Source: Thermodesulfobacteriota bacterium
GTDB lineage: Bacteria; Desulfobacterota; Desulfobacteria; Desulfobacterales; SURF-7
Length of the DNA: 36,310 nucleotides
Reading direction: 5' to 3'
Assembly: GCA_049320885.1 (NCBI GenBank)
Contig: JBMORA010000068.1
Location: 1 to 36,310, forward strand
The position numbers and the translations under genes are program-made. This document shows, in pieces, positions 35,105 through 36,310 of the stretch. Within the stretch, counting starts at the first letter, position 1, and the number at the start of each line of letters is the position of its first letter. The notes below the pieces were generated by a model. The model did no database searches and had not been told where the DNA came from. It worked only from the letters and a program-made list of their open reading frames with translations.

Positions 35105-36025
35105 TCATTGGTTTGCCAGTTTTATCGCTTTCGCTACCCTCGAAATCGCCGCGGCGATCTGCTCCGGTACCTCTTCCTGTAAAAAATGTCCGGCGTTGGT
35201 CTCCGTAACGCCGGCATGGGGCAGGAGGGTTTTGATCCTGGGAAGGACCCGGCCCAGGATGGGGTCTTTATTGCCCCATACGATTTCACAGGGCCCCTTG
35301 AATTGTTCCGCCAATGCCCGGCATTTTGCAAGCGGTTCCACCGACGGATGGATCAAGGAACTCGGCACCATGCGGGCCAGGGCCAGCGGTGCGGTTCGAT
35401 CCAGCAGCTTCCGCAGCGGGTATCGATAGGCCTTGGCCACATCCCCTTGGATGCTTCCGGGATCGCCCTGAACCTTGTGCAGCGCCGTCTGGGGAAACTG
35501 AAAGAGCCGGAACACCAGGTCGCTGATAAGCGGCATATTGGAGAATCGGTGGAATGCCGTGGGTCTGAAATTCGGTTTGGGCGGCAGGATGGCGGTGTTC
35601 GCGATCACAAGGCCTTTTAACAGATGGGGGCGTTCGGCCAGGGCCCGCATGCCGATGGGACCGCCCCAATCCTGAATGACCAGTATCAGACCTTCCACGC
35701 TCAAGCGATCGATCAGCGCTACCATCCAGGCGCCGTGGTTTTCCAGGCTGTGAGCGGCCATGCGTCGGGGTTTGGTGGAAAAGCCGAGTCCGATGAGATC
35801 GGGCGCGATGCATCGCAGGCGGGTACCGGCCAGGTGTTCGATGATTTTCCGGTATAAAAATCCCCAGGTGGGGTTGCCGTGGAGCATCAGCACCGGATAT
35901 CCTTCTCCGGATTCCATCACATGCATGTTTGTCCCGCTTCCCACTTCCATGCAATAGCGGCGGTGCGGTTTCGGCAGCAGGCTCTCAAGCCATTCCGGCA
36001 TGTCGGGCGGTTGCAGAGGATGCAT
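35105..36025 (-). CDS. Alpha/beta hydrolase, haloalkane dehalogenase / OleB-like
   Basis: LHGNPTWGFLYRK, APDLIGLGFS, QDWGG (Asp nucleophile), WGNKDP, GHFLQEE; AAGGAG RBS. Confidence 0.88.
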   Translation of the reverse strand: MHPLQPPDMPEWLESLLPKPHRRYCMEVGSGTNMHVMESGEGYPVLMLHGNPTWGFLYRKIIEHLAGTRLRCIAPDLIGLGFSTKPRRMAAHSLENHGAWMVALIDRLSVEGLILVIQDWGGPIGMRALAERPHLLKGLVIANTAILPPKPNFRPTAFHRFSNMPLISDLVFRLFQFPQTALHKVQGDPGSIQGDVAKAYRYPLRKLLDRTAPLALARMVPSSLIHPSVEPLAKCRALAEQFKGPCEIVWGNKDPILGRVLPRIKTLLPHAGVTETNAGHFLQEEVPEQIAAAISRVAKAIKLANQ

Positions 36026-36310
36026 GGGTTTCTCCTTGAATTCGCGTCAGCGGCGGGAGTAGTGTTTTTATTCCAGCGCAATGCTGGATGAAAACGAGTT
36101 GAACCGAGCCGCTCCAAAGATGATTATCAAATACATGTGGTCGTTGTAAAGAGGTTGTTCGGACGCTTCGGGGCACAGCTTGCGCTTGCCCGGAGATAAA
36201 ACGGAGATTCATGGTTGTTAAACGAAAATTTTGTTGTATTGAAAAGTGATGTAATTCTATGGTACCGTCTCAATACCAAACCGGATGGAACCCTCATCAC
36301 ACGGCCTAGT

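Noticed and set aside
1..36310. CRISPR arrays, tRNA/rRNA genes, transposases/integrases, prophage genes
   Set aside because: No regularly spaced repeats, structural-RNA signatures or recombinase/phage motifs were seen by eye; a covariance-model scan was not run.

Overview
GC-rich bacterial chromosomal segment. Gene content (gcvT-H-PA-PB-lipB-lipA, DUF362, DsrE, PAS-LuxR, fused hisHF) suggests a Desulfobacterales-like deltaproteobacterium; this is inference only. The left 24 kb is mostly housekeeping and signalling: a fused hisHF (partial), an HD-GYP/DsrE/flavoprotein cluster, a PAS-PAS-LuxR regulator facing an SGNH lipoprotein, a DUF1573 lipoprotein, yceH, a PAS-HK-REC-PilZ hybrid kinase, a Tat DUF362 protein, an amidohydrolase, two tiny proteins, the glycine-cleavage/lipoate operon and an AEC transporter. 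The standout is an 8-kb gene (24148-32196, 2682 aa). By motif reading it holds two copies of a unit made of a PEP-synthase-type ATP-grasp, a phospho-His swivel domain and an unrecognised domain 'X'. The copies are separated by 2-3 GAF-like domains and HEAT-like repeats, and there is no pyruvate-binding barrel. The gene abuts (0 bp, tail-to-tail) a long, divergent pyruvate phosphate dikinase. This is a candidate sensor-controlled dikinase/phosphotransfer system with an unknown acceptor. All domain calls are by-eye motif matches; no searches were run. No rRNA, tRNA, CRISPR array or mobile element was recognised.
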